Assembly: GCA_964187785.1 (NCBI GenBank) | Contig: OZ076409.1 | Span: forward strand, 71,488,001-71,552,000 | Reading direction: 5' to 3' | Source of the DNA: Amphiscolops sp. MND2022 | Lineage: Eukaryota | Length of the DNA stretch: 64,000 nucleotides | Part shown: positions 1 to 12,100 of the stretch, piece by piece | Layout of the letters: the number at the start of each line of letters is the position of its first letter | How positions within the stretch are numbered: the first letter of the stretch is position 1 | Program-made: the position numbers and the translations under genes | The notes under the pieces: model-generated | Seen by the model: the letters and a program-made list of their open reading frames with translations, nothing else | Databases searched by the model: none | What the model was told of the DNA's origin: nothing

Positions 1-1993
1 CTATTTCCTGCTGACATTTTTTTGAAATTTTTGTGTACGTTTCCCCCCCGCCCCCTAAAGGGGTCAATTTTCCCCAATTTTGCACTTATGAGTCAATTTC
101 TCAAAACTGGTGTATCTGAGCGTCTTCCCGGCGGGGACAACTTTTAACAAGCGCTCTTCAGTAGACCTTTTGGACTTTTTACTTTGGTAGTACGTTCACC
201 CCCCAAGGAGGAAATGGCGTTTTTGTGACTTCCGGTGGAGACTTTTTTCACCCAAAAAATAGAAATAAGCCAGTTTTGAGCAGGAAGGAGTGGATTTAAA
301 GTGTCTGTACCCTGCTAAAAATTTGTTGGGCTTGTAGCGATATATCTCATACCAAGTCTGGTTTTCACCCCCAAACCCCCCTTGAGACCAAAATTCACCC
401 AAATTGTTTTACCTCTGTTTGTAGTTTTTTTGCAAAATGTCGTCATTTCCATGGGTAAGGCGTTGAATTAGGGACTCCTAATAGGGTACCAATGTTCAAG
501 TACACTTGCAGTGCAACTGAGTGACCCTTTTGGGGCCTCTCCTGTGTTCGGCAAGGACCGGAAGTGGTGTAAACCCCCCTTTTTTGACGTTTGTTGATCT
601 TGAGACTCGCGCTTAGATGACGTTTATGTCGCGCAAATCCTACAAACCAGTATTAGGATGACATGCTAGCCAACTAGAGAGCACTAAGGGAAACTATACT
701 ATACCGGAAGTAACCCCCCGTGACCGGAAGTTGTCATTTTTGACCGGAAATGGTCCAAAACATAGCGTAAAAGCAGTTTTTCATTGCTTTTAAAGTCAAC
801 TTATTACTTTTTTCACTCTGCGCGAGCGTGCCTTCAGGTTCGTTAGTGTTGCCCGTGCACACTGCAACAAATGTACATCTGTAAAATTTTCGCTATAATA
901 TCGTCGGAGAGAGAAATAACGGGTTTTTGGGATTTTTTTCAAAAATATTAGTCTTTATCTGTCATTTTTACCCAACGTTATTGAACAGTAGAACCACAGG
1001 GGTTAGTCTCTGCCCGATTATATGCCTAACAAAAGCATTTGTCCCATTGGTTGCAGTTTGAGCGTTCTAGCTTTGCCTGGTCACAAGTTAGGAGACTTGA
1101 AAAACTTTCAAAAACATTTCCGAAATTTTTTTCTAAACGTCACGTCTCCCAAAGTTAAGAAACTTCCTCACAACTAGGACTGCAAGTGAATGCATGTGGT
1201 AAGGCCTATAAATGGAAAGAAAAACTCCGTTTAGATTGTCTCTTTATCGTAACGTGACGTTAAGAGATGTTACTTTGAATGTGAGTTTGATAATGCGTCG
1301 AGAAGTAAAAGTGTGTAAATGGAACCTTTGTCTCGATAAATACCCATCGCAATACATGCGATGAACCCCAATTACCCTCAGTTTCAGTTGCTTAGTACAT
1401 CAACGTCTTCCAAGGACCTTTTATCTACTTTGAAAAGTGTCGAAATCATTATTAATATCAGTTATCAAGAAACACTTGAGTACATTCTCATCTCTCCCCA
1501 TCGGGTGAGATGAGAATGTTTTTGCTAAAAGTCAGGTACTACGGCCCCCTTTTGTTTTAATACGATGCATTCTCTGCTTTAGCACACAAATATTTTATTT
1601 CGCCTGATTGTGTGTATACTCTCTGACTTGTTGTTATAAATCTCCCGTCATTACTTTACATAAATATACACAAAAAATCATTATTGTCAACGCCACATAC
1701 ATTTAGACGCCCACCATTCCGTAGGTATGTCGAGGCATACCTTTCGATTACGTATGTCAAAACGCAAACGAGATAAAACCTGCTGAAAGTCTGAAACAGT
1801 GACAAACAATTTTGACTATTTGACATATGGTAGGTTTTAATATGGGAGTTACACATCACTGGCATTTCCCATCATTCCAGCTGACGTCCACATACCAACA
1901 TCAACGCCCACCGTCCGTGGGCATGCCGAGGCATGCCTTTCGACGACGTATGCCAACTTCTGTATATCTACACTCAATTGCGGTAGCGGCTAG
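1..1993 (+). mobile_element. Unit 1 (5'-truncated by window), probable ~2.18-kb class non-autonomous element related to unit 4
   Basis: Ends GCGGTAGCGGCTAG. Type-A palindrome at 1482-1519 and two copies of the subterminal block (1723, 1919). The 3' ~1.3 kb is similar to unit 4. TTCCTGCTGAC at position 5 lies ~180 bp into other units, implying a full length of ~2.17 kb. Confidence 0.7.
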
Positions 1994-1997
1994 GTGG
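1902..1997 (+). other. Representative conserved subterminal block plus junction: CAACGCCCACCGTC(C/T)GTGGGCATGCCGAGGCATGCCCTTCGACGACGTATG(C/G)C...GCTAG|GTGG
   Basis: Present at 22 of 25 unit ends (absent from the ends of units 9, 13 and 14). Contains the inverted repeat GGGCATGCC-GA-GGCATGCCC. Its function as a cis-acting end signal is inferred. Confidence 0.85.
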
Positions 1998-3397
1998 TCG
2001 GGTATTTTTTTTTACTCGTATATGACGTTTGCGAGGCTTTGGGGAGGGCCCCGTGCCGAGCCTGTTCCGAAAATCGCCACATGTAGAAATCTGGCACTAA
2101 AATGCGAGATCTCAAAAAGTAGCCGTTAGAATTCTCTGAAATTTTGCATGTGGCTCAGAATTAATGAGTAATGAAAAAGTGTAGGAGTGAAGGTTGCTGA
2201 AAAAATGGTCCTTGTTGCACTTTTTGCGCAATTTTTGTCTGATTGTTGCGTTTTTTATGTCATTTTCGACTTTTCAAGCAAAAAACTCATGGATGCTTTG
2301 TTCCTAGCGCATCAAGTGTGGAGTACGAAAAGTTGCAGCATCTCCAATTGCGTATGCTGAGAAATTTTGGTTGCCGTCGGGTTACCCCCCACAGAGGTAG
2401 AGGGGTACTTCCGGTTATTTTTGACCCCCTAAATTAGGTAAACTGCTAATTTTTGTAATGAAGCCGTAGATTTAGCGTGTCCGCACCCTGCTGAAGTTTT
2501 GTTAGGCATTTTGAGAGAGACCCAATGACATGTGTTCAGTTCACCACCCATCACCCCCTTGACCGGAAATGAACGTTTTTGTGCACTTTCAGACCGGAAG
2601 TCTCCATTTTCACCGGTAAGGAGGCCTTGTACGACCAACTAGCAGGACATCAAAATTGAAGTATAACCTAGGGTCAACTTAATGACCACGTGTTGTCCAG
2701 TCATGGGTTTCACTATGACCGGAAATGGGCTCAAAACCCCACTTTTAGTAGTTTTTTATCAATTTGAATAGTGTTTGGTCCACATTCAGGTGGCGTAAGT
2801 CACTTGCACCAGTGTGAGTATTAACTGCATGTTCACTGCGTAGACGTAACTGACACTGTCAGATACCGGAAGTAACCCCATGTGACCGGAAGTGGTCAAT
2901 TTTGACCGGAAATGGACCAAAAAGTAGCGTAAAAGCAGTTTTTCACTGCTTTTTAGGGACAATTTTTTACTTTTTTTTCAATCTGAATGCCTCCTTTATA
3001 CTACCAAAGCTAACATCGTTGCCTGTTTTGCTAAAGATTTGGCAATTGATTACCTTTATCAACCCCGATAGCCTTCCAAGTTGACCTTGAGTCAATCTTG
3101 AAGGCTATCTATACTTAAAACGAAAAATCGAGATAAGTTGTTTTCTCCATTACGTTGATATTTTTTCCTTGATGTCAAATTGTTGAGCAAAGACTTTTAA
3201 GCAAATTAATGATCTGAATCTTGTTCAGAGGTCTCACCCTGAGGAAGATTATTTGAGATTGAAGTAAACTGAGAATGAGGTTAGTATTTGTCAACATCAG
3301 AGAATCTTATCAACGCCCACCGTCTGTGGGCATGCCGAGGCATGCCCTTCGACGACGTATGCCAAATAGCGCCACAGGGCGCCCACACTTTTGCTAG
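1994..3397 (+). mobile_element. Unit 2, 1404-bp non-autonomous element
   Basis: Bounded by junctions 1989 and 3393. About 2100-2980 is similar to unit 4 (3670-4550). Type-B palindrome 3067-3109, subterminal block 3328-3347, small hairpin GCGCC-ACAG-GGCGC. Confidence 0.7.
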
Positions 3398-3545
3398 GTG
3401 GAGGTTATTATATATCAATTAAAGTGTTTTTTTCCGGAGTTTGCCTACTTGCCTACTTGCATCAACGCCCACCGTCCGTGGGCATGCCGAGGCATGCCCT
3501 TCGACGACGTATACCAAGATATACCTGGAGCGCGGTAGCCGCTAG
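3398..3545 (+). mobile_element. Unit 3, 148-bp minimal element (5' end plus 3' end only)
   Basis: First 46 bp are identical to the first 46 bp of unit 4 (3546-3591). Then (TTGCCTAC)2, subterminal block 3480-3499 and GCGGTAGCCGCTAG. Confidence 0.65.
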
Positions 3546-5723
3546 GTGGAGGTTATTATATATCAATTAAAGTGTTTTTTTCCGGAGTTTGTGGCTTTGG
3601 AAAAAACAAAAGGCGAGAAATTGGGCACTCCAGGCTGAACCTAAAAACACCCTAAAATTGGCCCGATTTTTTTACGATCTCGAAACCCAGCCGTACGATT
3701 TGGCTGAAATTTTGCATGTGGCTCCTAATCAATGAGTAATGAAAAAGTGTAGGAGTGACTTTTCCTGAAAAAATTGTTTTTGTTGCACTTTTTGCGCAAT
3801 TTTTGACCGATTGTTGCGTTTTTTATGTCACTTTTGACTTTTCAGGCAAAAAACTCATGGATGCTTTGATCCTAGCGCATCAAGTGTTTCGACCAAAAAG
3901 TTGCAGCATGTTCTTTTACGTATGTTGAGAAAATTTGGTTGCCATCGTATTACCCCCCACTGAGATAGAGGGGAACTTCCGGTGGAATTTAGGACCCTAA
4001 AAACGAGGACCTCCTAAATTTCAGCATGAAGCGGTAGTTTTAGCGTGCTCATACCCTGCTGAAACTTTGTTGGCCATAATGAGATAGTCATGATATCATG
4101 TGTTCAGTTCAACCCCCATCACCCCCTGGACCGGAAATGAACTTTTTTGTGCACTATCATACCGGAAGTCTCCAATTTCACCGTTAAGCAGTCCTTGTAC
4201 GAGCAACTACCAGGACATCAAAATTGAAAAACCACCTGAGGTCAACATAGTGACTACGTGTTGTCCAGTCATAGGTTCCGCTATGACCGGAAATGGGGTC
4301 AAAAGCCCCTATTTTGGTTGTTTTTTAACAATTTTACTAGTGTTTGGTCCACATTCAAGTCGCGTAAGTCAATTGAATCAGTGTGAGCAAAAACTGTATG
4401 TTCACTGCGTAGACGTAACTGACACTGGCAGATACCGGAAGTAACCCCCCGTGACCGGAAGTTGTCAGTTTCGACCGGAAATGGTCCAAAATGTAGCGTA
4501 AAACTAGTTTTTTACTGCTTTTTAAAGTCAACTTATTACTTTTTCAATCTCCGCGAGCTTGTAATCAGGTTCGTTTTTGTTACCCGTGCACTTTGCAACA
4601 AATATACATCTGTAAAAGTTTCTCTATAATATCGTCGGATAGAGAAATAACGTGTTTTTGGGACTTTTTTTCAAAAATATTAGACTATATCTGTCATTTT
4701 TACTCAAAGTTTTTCAACTGTACAACCACAGTATTTAGTCTCTGCCCAAATTTTTGCCTAACAAAACTATTTGGTCCATTGGCTTTAGTTTGAGCGTTCC
4801 AGCTTTGCGTGATCATAAGCTAAAGGACTTGAAAAATTTTCAAACTTTTTTCAAAAAAAACTTCTCACATTCATATCTCCCAAAGTGAAGAAACTTCCAC
4901 ACAATTAGGATTGCAAGTGGATGCACGTGGCAAGCCCTATAATTGAAGAGAAAAATGCCGCATAGAACGTCTCTTTATCGTAACTTGACGTTAACGTATG
5001 GTGCTTTGAATGAGAGCTTGATAAGAGGTCGAGAAGTCAAAGTGTGTAAATGGAACGTATTTCTCGTCGAAAACTCACCGGAATTCATGCAATGAACCCC
5101 AATTGTTCTAAATTGCAGTTGCCTACTGCAACAACGTCTTTCTGGTACATTTACCCATTTTCATAAGTGTCAAAATTATTTTTGAATTCAGTTAGCAAGA
5201 AACACTTGAGTACATTTTCATCTCTCCCAAGCGGGTGAGATGAGAATGTTCTTGCTAAAAGCCAGGTACTACGTCCCACTTTTGTTTTAATGCGACACAT
5301 CCTCTGCTTTAGCACATAGATAGTTTATTTTGCCTGATTTTTTGGATACTCTCTGACTTGTTATTATAAACTTCTCGTCATTACTTTACATGAATTTACA
5401 ACCATAAAGCGTTATCGTCAACTCCACATACATTTAGACGCCCACCATTCCGTAGGTATGTCGAGGCATACCTTTCGATTTCGTATGTCAAAACGCAAAC
5501 GCGATAAAAAGTGCTGAAATTCTGAAACAGTGATAAACAATTCTGACAATTTGACATATGGTAGGTTTTTATATGGAACTTAGACATCACTGACATTTCA
5601 CAACATTCCAGCTGACGCCCACATACCAACATCAACGCCCACCGTCCGTGGGCATGCCGAGGCATGCCCTTCGACGACTTATGCCAGTTATTTATATCTA
5701 CACCCAATTGCGGTAGCCGCTAG
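3546..5723 (+). mobile_element. Unit 4, 2178-bp non-autonomous element
   Basis: Bounded by junctions 3541 and 5719. ACCGGAA(G/A)T motif cluster, type-A palindrome ~5211-5249, duplicated subterminal block (5454 variant, 5650 canonical). Confidence 0.72.
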
Positions 5724-6992
5724 GTGGCCGTGTCTTTTCGACGTGCTTTTGCATCGAGGAGTGGGTAGGGCCCCGCGACGACCTAGAAGAATTGGATGCT
5801 CACCGAAACGTGCAGAATTCTACGAGATCTCATAGTTTGAGCCATACGATTTTTCTGAAATTTGGCATGTGGCCTGGAATTGGTGAGTAGGTAAAACGTG
5901 TAGGAGGTGATTTTTCCCAAATTCCACTGTGAGACGAGATATGGGCAAATAACGGTCCCAAAAATGGCAAAAATGCACTTTTTTCAACTTTGTCAGCCCA
6001 TATCTCGTTCCCAGGTGCCCGGAGCGGGACGCGTTAAGCTGATTATAAACTCTAGGGTGTTGAGGCTGTACGGGGAAGTCAGGCCCGTTCCGATCGGACT
6101 TGTAGTCTTGGAGAAATAACGGTATTTTTGGGGAACCTTTTCTAACGGTCCAGCTTATCTTTGCCATTTTTTCGAAAATGTACTCGCCTAAAGGCCTCCC
6201 CCTGGCCGAATTTACTCCCAGCAAAACCATTTGGCCCTAAATACGGAGTTTCAGCGTTCCAGCATTCCCGGGCGAAAAGTTGTGGGACTTGGAAAATTTT
6301 CAAAAATTTTCAAAAAAAATTTTTTTCGTATTCCGGGCCCCCAATGAAGGGGAAACGACCCCCCAACCAGTATTTTGAGTGAATTCATGTGGAAAGCCCT
6401 TGTTTTGACGAGAAAAATACCGTTTAGAACATCTTTTTATCTTGACTCAACGTTGACTTATGACGTTTTGAATGTGATGTAAGGATGTAGGAGGCATGTG
6501 ATAAGTTGATGTTTTGAGTCTTTATCTCATATGAAAGCGGTTGAGATGCAAGCTGTCCTGCTCAAAACGTCTTTCGTTGTAACTTTCCAGTGCACCAATA
6601 CCCTTTGGTGTCATATAAACATACTTTTTGTCGATATATTAACAATTTTAATGTATTTATTCCAATTTTTATTATCTTATAACTCAAAACAGTTGAGTAC
6701 ATTTCATCTCCCTTTCGGGGGAGATGAGAATGTACTCGCTAAAGACCTAGCGCCATGACCAAAAATTTGAAACTCACGTTTTTTATCTTCTTACAGACTT
6801 GTTTTTGTATTTTTTCGGAATTTTTTAAAAATTAATATACTTGAAATACATTACTTGACTTTACTACTACAACCCACCTCCAACGACAACGCCCCCCTGC
6901 TTGCATCAACGCCCACCGTCCGTGGGCATGCCGAGGCATGCCCTTCGACGACGTATGCCAAATGCCCAGTGCCACGCAGTCATTATCGCTAG
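5724..6992 (+). mobile_element. Unit 5, 1269-bp non-autonomous element (~1.27-kb class)
   Basis: Bounded by junctions 5719 and 6988. Type-A palindrome 6695-6737, block 6924-6943. Middle (~6190-6470) is similar to unit 6. Confidence 0.7.
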
Positions 6993-8264
6993 GTGGCCGC
7001 GTCTTTTTGATGGACTTTTATCCTTGAGGCGCGGGTAGGGTCCTGCGCCGAGCTGGTGAAAATATACTACGTCCAAATCGCCCGTTCCGGAAACGATCTC
7101 AAAACTGGCCCGTACGATTTTCCTGAAACTTTGCATGTGGCCCCCAATTGGCGAGCAATGAAAAAGTGTAGGAGGCCATTTTTCCCAAATTCCACTGTGA
7201 GAGGAGATATATGAAAAAAACGGACCCCAAAATGACGAAATTTTCACTTTTTGACCAAAAATGTGACATTATCTCCTCAGACAAGGCTCGGAGCAAAATT
7301 TGTCAGAACCCAAACCTGCAGCAGACTGTTAGAGCAGTGCACACAGTAAGTTCGAAGGAAATCGGATAATCACATGTTGAGAAATTGACGATTTTCCGAC
7401 AATTTTTTTTGCATTTGCAGTCTATCTCTGCCGTTTTTTGCCCAAAATTTTTTCGAGACCCTCTCCTAAAGACCTCCCCTGGCCGGTTTACCTCCCAAAA
7501 AAACCATTTGGCCCTAAATACGAAGTTTCAGCGTTTTAGCATTCCCCAGTAAAAAGTTATGGGACTTAGAACTTTTTCAAAAACTTTCAAAATTTTTCTA
7601 AAAAAGTTCAGGCCGCCCAAAGTGAAGAAACTTCCACACAACTAGTATTACAAGTGAATGCATGTGGAAAGCCCTGCACTTGACGAGAAAAATGCCGTTT
7701 AGAACGTCTTTTTATCTTAACTTGATGTTGACTTATGATCTTTTGAGTAGCGTATAACACGTGATCACAGTAGTGAAGATCCTAATTTTCAATAATTTTC
7801 GAACAATAACGCATGAAAAGAACCTGGAAAAGGTTCCGATGGGTCAGTTGGGATGTCTGAATCAAGTGTACATTCCCGTAGTGTATAGCGGATGTGTTTG
7901 GGACTTATTAGAAATTGTGATATATTTTATACAAGTCTTTGTTTCTCTTAGAATCTTATGCAGTTGAGTACATTCCATCTCCCTCTCAGGGGAGATGTGA
8001 ATGTACGTTTGCCAAATGCCTTGTAAAGCTGACAATTTTGATGGTATAAAATGATTAAACAAGTGTGACTAGCGTTTGCCGAATCACTGCAGCAAAAAAT
8101 CTTGAAACTTTAGTGAGATTGAATGCTTTTTGTCTCTAGTGTTTTTTCTTGTGTAGCCGACTTCCACATCCAAATATCAACGCCCACCGTCCGTGGGCAT
8201 GCCGAGGCATGCCCTTCGACGACGTATGCCAAATACCATATGCCACGCAGTCTTTCCCCGCTAG
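6993..8264 (+). mobile_element. Unit 6, 1272-bp element (near-identical to unit 15)
   Basis: Bounded by junctions 6988 and 8260. Near-identical to 29910-31183 but with different neighbours. Type-A palindrome 7968-8006. Confidence 0.78.
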
Positions 8265-10499
8265 GTGGGGGGGATATATCTCCACTTTTTTTGCGACCGC
8301 GGGTAGGGTCCTGTCGGGAGCTTCTATTTACCAAGCTTACGGCGCTATATACTAGAGAAAATTTTTCCGGCACCGAACTTTTTTTTGAACCATAGGAATT
8401 GTACCATTTTTTGCATGCGGCCCTAATTTGGGCATACAAGACGAAGTTCCTGCTGACGTTAAGCGATGGTTTCATTGTGTAACGAGATATAGCCACTTTT
8501 TGGTGCGAATTTTGAGGTATTTTTGAGAAGAATTTTACAAACAGCTCGAATGCAAAAAATTGAAAAACTTGTGACAATCGACCTATCACTGGTTTAAACC
8601 TTCGATTCTTTGCCCTAGCAATGCACTAGACCCAAAAGATCTAAAACTTTTACATTTTCCAAAAATTTGACCAAATTGACTCGGGTTTCACTACTATATG
8701 TAACCAATGTGACAAAAACACCTCAGAAAAAAATTTTCATTTGCTTAAATTTAGAAACCTTGGTATCCATGGTTTCTGTCGGAACCTACTCGCAGCCAAA
8801 CACTCAACAGTTTGCATCCAATGTGAATTTAAATTTTTTTTTCGAGGTCATAGGTGTTTCACAAGGATTTCACAACTTAGTTTCATATTACAAATTGGTC
8901 ATTTTCAACATCATATTTCCATCGAGGCATGTCGGATAGAGTCTTATTGCTCACGAACGGTCCTACTGGCAACGTGTTAACCATTTATAGAAATACAAAG
9001 TTATAAAAAAATTTTTCACCCGTTCTTCCATCATTTTTCAGACATTCGGAACTTATCTTAGAAAAATTTCGTCTCAAAAACCCATTTTTTGTCAGGTCGA
9101 AAACTCAAATTCAGCTTTTTAAGCACAATTATTAACTCTGACGTAACCAGTGGGGCCCATGATACTCAAAACAACGATTGGGGTTGGTACCATTGGCTCA
9201 AATAACATATGAGTCGCGATAAGACGTTATTTTTAGCCATACGTCTCAATTGAGGTAAACATCTCGCAAGCCAGGGATCTCTGTGAAATGTGATTTCATC
9301 AAAAAGTTACCCATTTTTGCAAATTACTATGTGCACAGAGTGCGTAGGGTGAGTTTCAGCACTATAATGAGGTTTTTGAAGGATTCGGGTTGCTCAAAGG
9401 GTGGTATGAGACATTTTTTTCCCATATACTACTGTATTTTCCAAAAATTTTAGCCCATTATCTGGAAAAACTAACTTGACAAAATACTTTCAGTTACTCT
9501 ATTCGAAGCTTAGAATATAGATGAACACTGTGGTTGATCAGAAACTATTAACTATTTTGTTTTTAGAAAAAAACTGCCTTGCATGTGTTACATTAGTGGC
9601 AGGAAAAATACCAGTAGCTCCAAAAATCAAAAATTTGGACGGACAGACTTCCAATGATGCAAAACAAAAACGTTTCAACAACTTCTGACGCCACTTTTTT
9701 TACCCAAGAGGTTCGAAAACACCATTAACAATGCTGACATTCGCAATAAATAAGATCGAGGTCTATTTACTAACACTTAGGTTTTAAATTTTTTTCTCGG
9801 AAACCCATTATTGTCAGGTCGCAAATTCAAATTTGGTTTTGGAAGCAATACTTTTCACTCTGAAGCAAACCGTTGGGCCCAAAATACTCAACAACAACAA
9901 AAAGACTATCACCATATGCTCTAATAACATATGAGATGCGACTGTATGTTTTTAACACAATAACTCTCATTCTGAAGTAAACATGTTGAAAGCCTTGAAT
10001 CACCGTGAGAAGTGATTTCATCAAAAAATATTTCTTTTTCGTCAATCACTAAATACACAGAACCCGTTGTGTTAGTTTCAGTCGTGAAATGAGGTTCTAC
10101 CGTAATATCGGCTGCTCAAGGTGTTGTATAAGGCAAAAACTTCCTCTTTTCTACTAACTTCTTCAAATATTTCAACCCTTTGTCACACGAAGTTAATATT
10201 CAAAATCTCTTTGAATTGTTTCTTAAGGTTGTGGTGAATTGTTAGAACAATTACTATGATCGAAGAATGCTAGTATTGGTGTTTGGACCATGTCCGGATG
10301 AACAAATCGCAAAATCAAGAAAAAATTGTTTCCTTTTTTGGTTATTTTGGCAGTACTAAAAATGTTAGCTGATAAATAATTTTTTCGAAGGCACCATTGG
10401 ATTCCGCTCAAAAAGTTGATTATAAGACATGTGTAATAACCCCGTATCTTTTCAATTTAGATAAATATAAAAAGCAAACTTTTTTGACGAAAATCCTAA

Positions 10500-11800
10500 T
10501 AATCATACCATTTCCTAAAAAATTTCAAATGCACTCCATTTGACGTATAAGAATAGCACAGAAAACTATCATATACCGATCAACTCTACTCCCATTGTAG
10601 ACTATTAGAATTTTGTTTTGATTGAATTTTGAAGAATATTAAAAAATTTTGAACCCTCCAAAAATGGACCAAAATTACACGAAAAAATTGACCTTAAAAT
10701 TTTAAAATGTCAAAAAATCATCAAAACCACAGCTTCTTGGGGTTCTATCAACTCCACGTGGTCCACAGAGTACGCTAAAACAGGTTTTACCCGTTTTTGA
10801 GCAATATGTGAAAAAGCCGACATTTTTGGGAAAGAAAAACATACCATTTCCTAAAATATTTCAAATGCACGCCATTTGCCGTATGAGAATAGCACAGAAA
10901 ACTATCACATACCGATCAACTCTACTTTCATTGTAGATGATTAGAAGTTAGTTTAAATGAAAATTAGACGGATAATAAAAAAATATAAATCCTCCAAAAG
11001 TGGGCAAAAATTACACGAAAAAATTGTCCTTAAAATATTAAAATGTCGAAAAATCATCAAAACCACAGCTTCTTGGGGTTCTATCAACTCCACATGGTCC
11101 ACAGAGTACGCTAAAATAGGTTTTACCCGTTTTTGAGCAATATGTGGAAAAGCCGACATTTTTGGGAAAGAAAAACATAACATTTCCTAAAAAAATTCAC
11201 ATGCACGCCATTTGGCGTATAAGAATAACACAGAAAACTATCATATACCGATCAACTCTACTCCTATTGTAGATTATTAGAACTTTGTTTTAAATGAATT
11301 TTGATGGATAATAAAAAATATTGAACCCTCCGAAAATGGGCTAAAATTGCACGAAAAAATTGACCCTAAAATTTTAAAATGTCTAAAAATCATCAAAACC
11401 ACAGCTTCTTGAGGTTCTATCAACTCCACATGGCCCACAGAGTATGCCAAACCAGGTTTTGCGCGTTTTTGAGCAAAATTTAGGAAAGCCGATTTTTTTG
11501 AGGAAGAAAAACATATCATTTCCTAAAAAACTTCAAATGCACGCCATTTGGCGTATAACAATAGCACAGAAAACTATCACATACCAATCAACTCTACTCT
11601 TTTTGTAGATTACCAGAAGTTTGCTTATAATAACTTTTGATGAATATTTATAAATTTTAAACCCTCCTAAAATGGGCCAAAATCACACGGAAAAATTGAC
11701 CCTAAGTATTAAAATGTCAGATATTCATCAAAACCCCAGCTTCTTGGGGTTCTATCATTTCCATATGACTTTCAGAGTATACCAAACAAGTTATTAACAT
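10500..11800. repeat. Internal tandem repeat, ~336-bp period, ~4 diverged copies
   Basis: CAT(A/T)(C/A)CATTTCCTAAAA-like anchor at 10504, 10840, 11176 and 11512. The same repeat occurs in units 12, 16, 18, 20 and 23. Confidence 0.9.
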
Positions 11801-12058
11801 TGGGCGATAATTAAAAAGACCAATTTTATTCTGAAGAAAACCATAATATGTTCAATATAAGAAGTGAATCATTCCACATATATACCCTGTCTAATATTCT
11901 AAATTAGCAAAAAAATATATACTTGATGTTTTTTGAATGTGAGCTTCATAAAAGGTTGAGATGTGATAATACGTAAATGGATTCCAAGTTTCATCGAAAA
12001 GTCAATGGAATACGTCCAATCAACTTCAATCTTAACAATTCGATAACAAAAAACACTT

Positions 12059-12100
12059 AAGTACATTCCATCTCCCTATCGGGGAGATGAGAATGTACTT
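12059..12100. other. Representative type-A internal palindrome AAGTACATTC-CATCTCCC...GGGAGATG-A-GAATGTACTT
   Basis: Long inverted repeat with one unpaired base. Seen in units 1, 4, 5, 6, 7, 10, 12, 15, 16, 18, 20 and 23. Confidence 0.85.

Noticed and set aside
8260..8268. Bracovirus-type proviral segment junctions
   Set aside because: Those junctions centre on an AGCT tetramer and the segments carry genes. Here the core is GCTAGGTGG and the units are non-coding, so only an architectural analogy remains.
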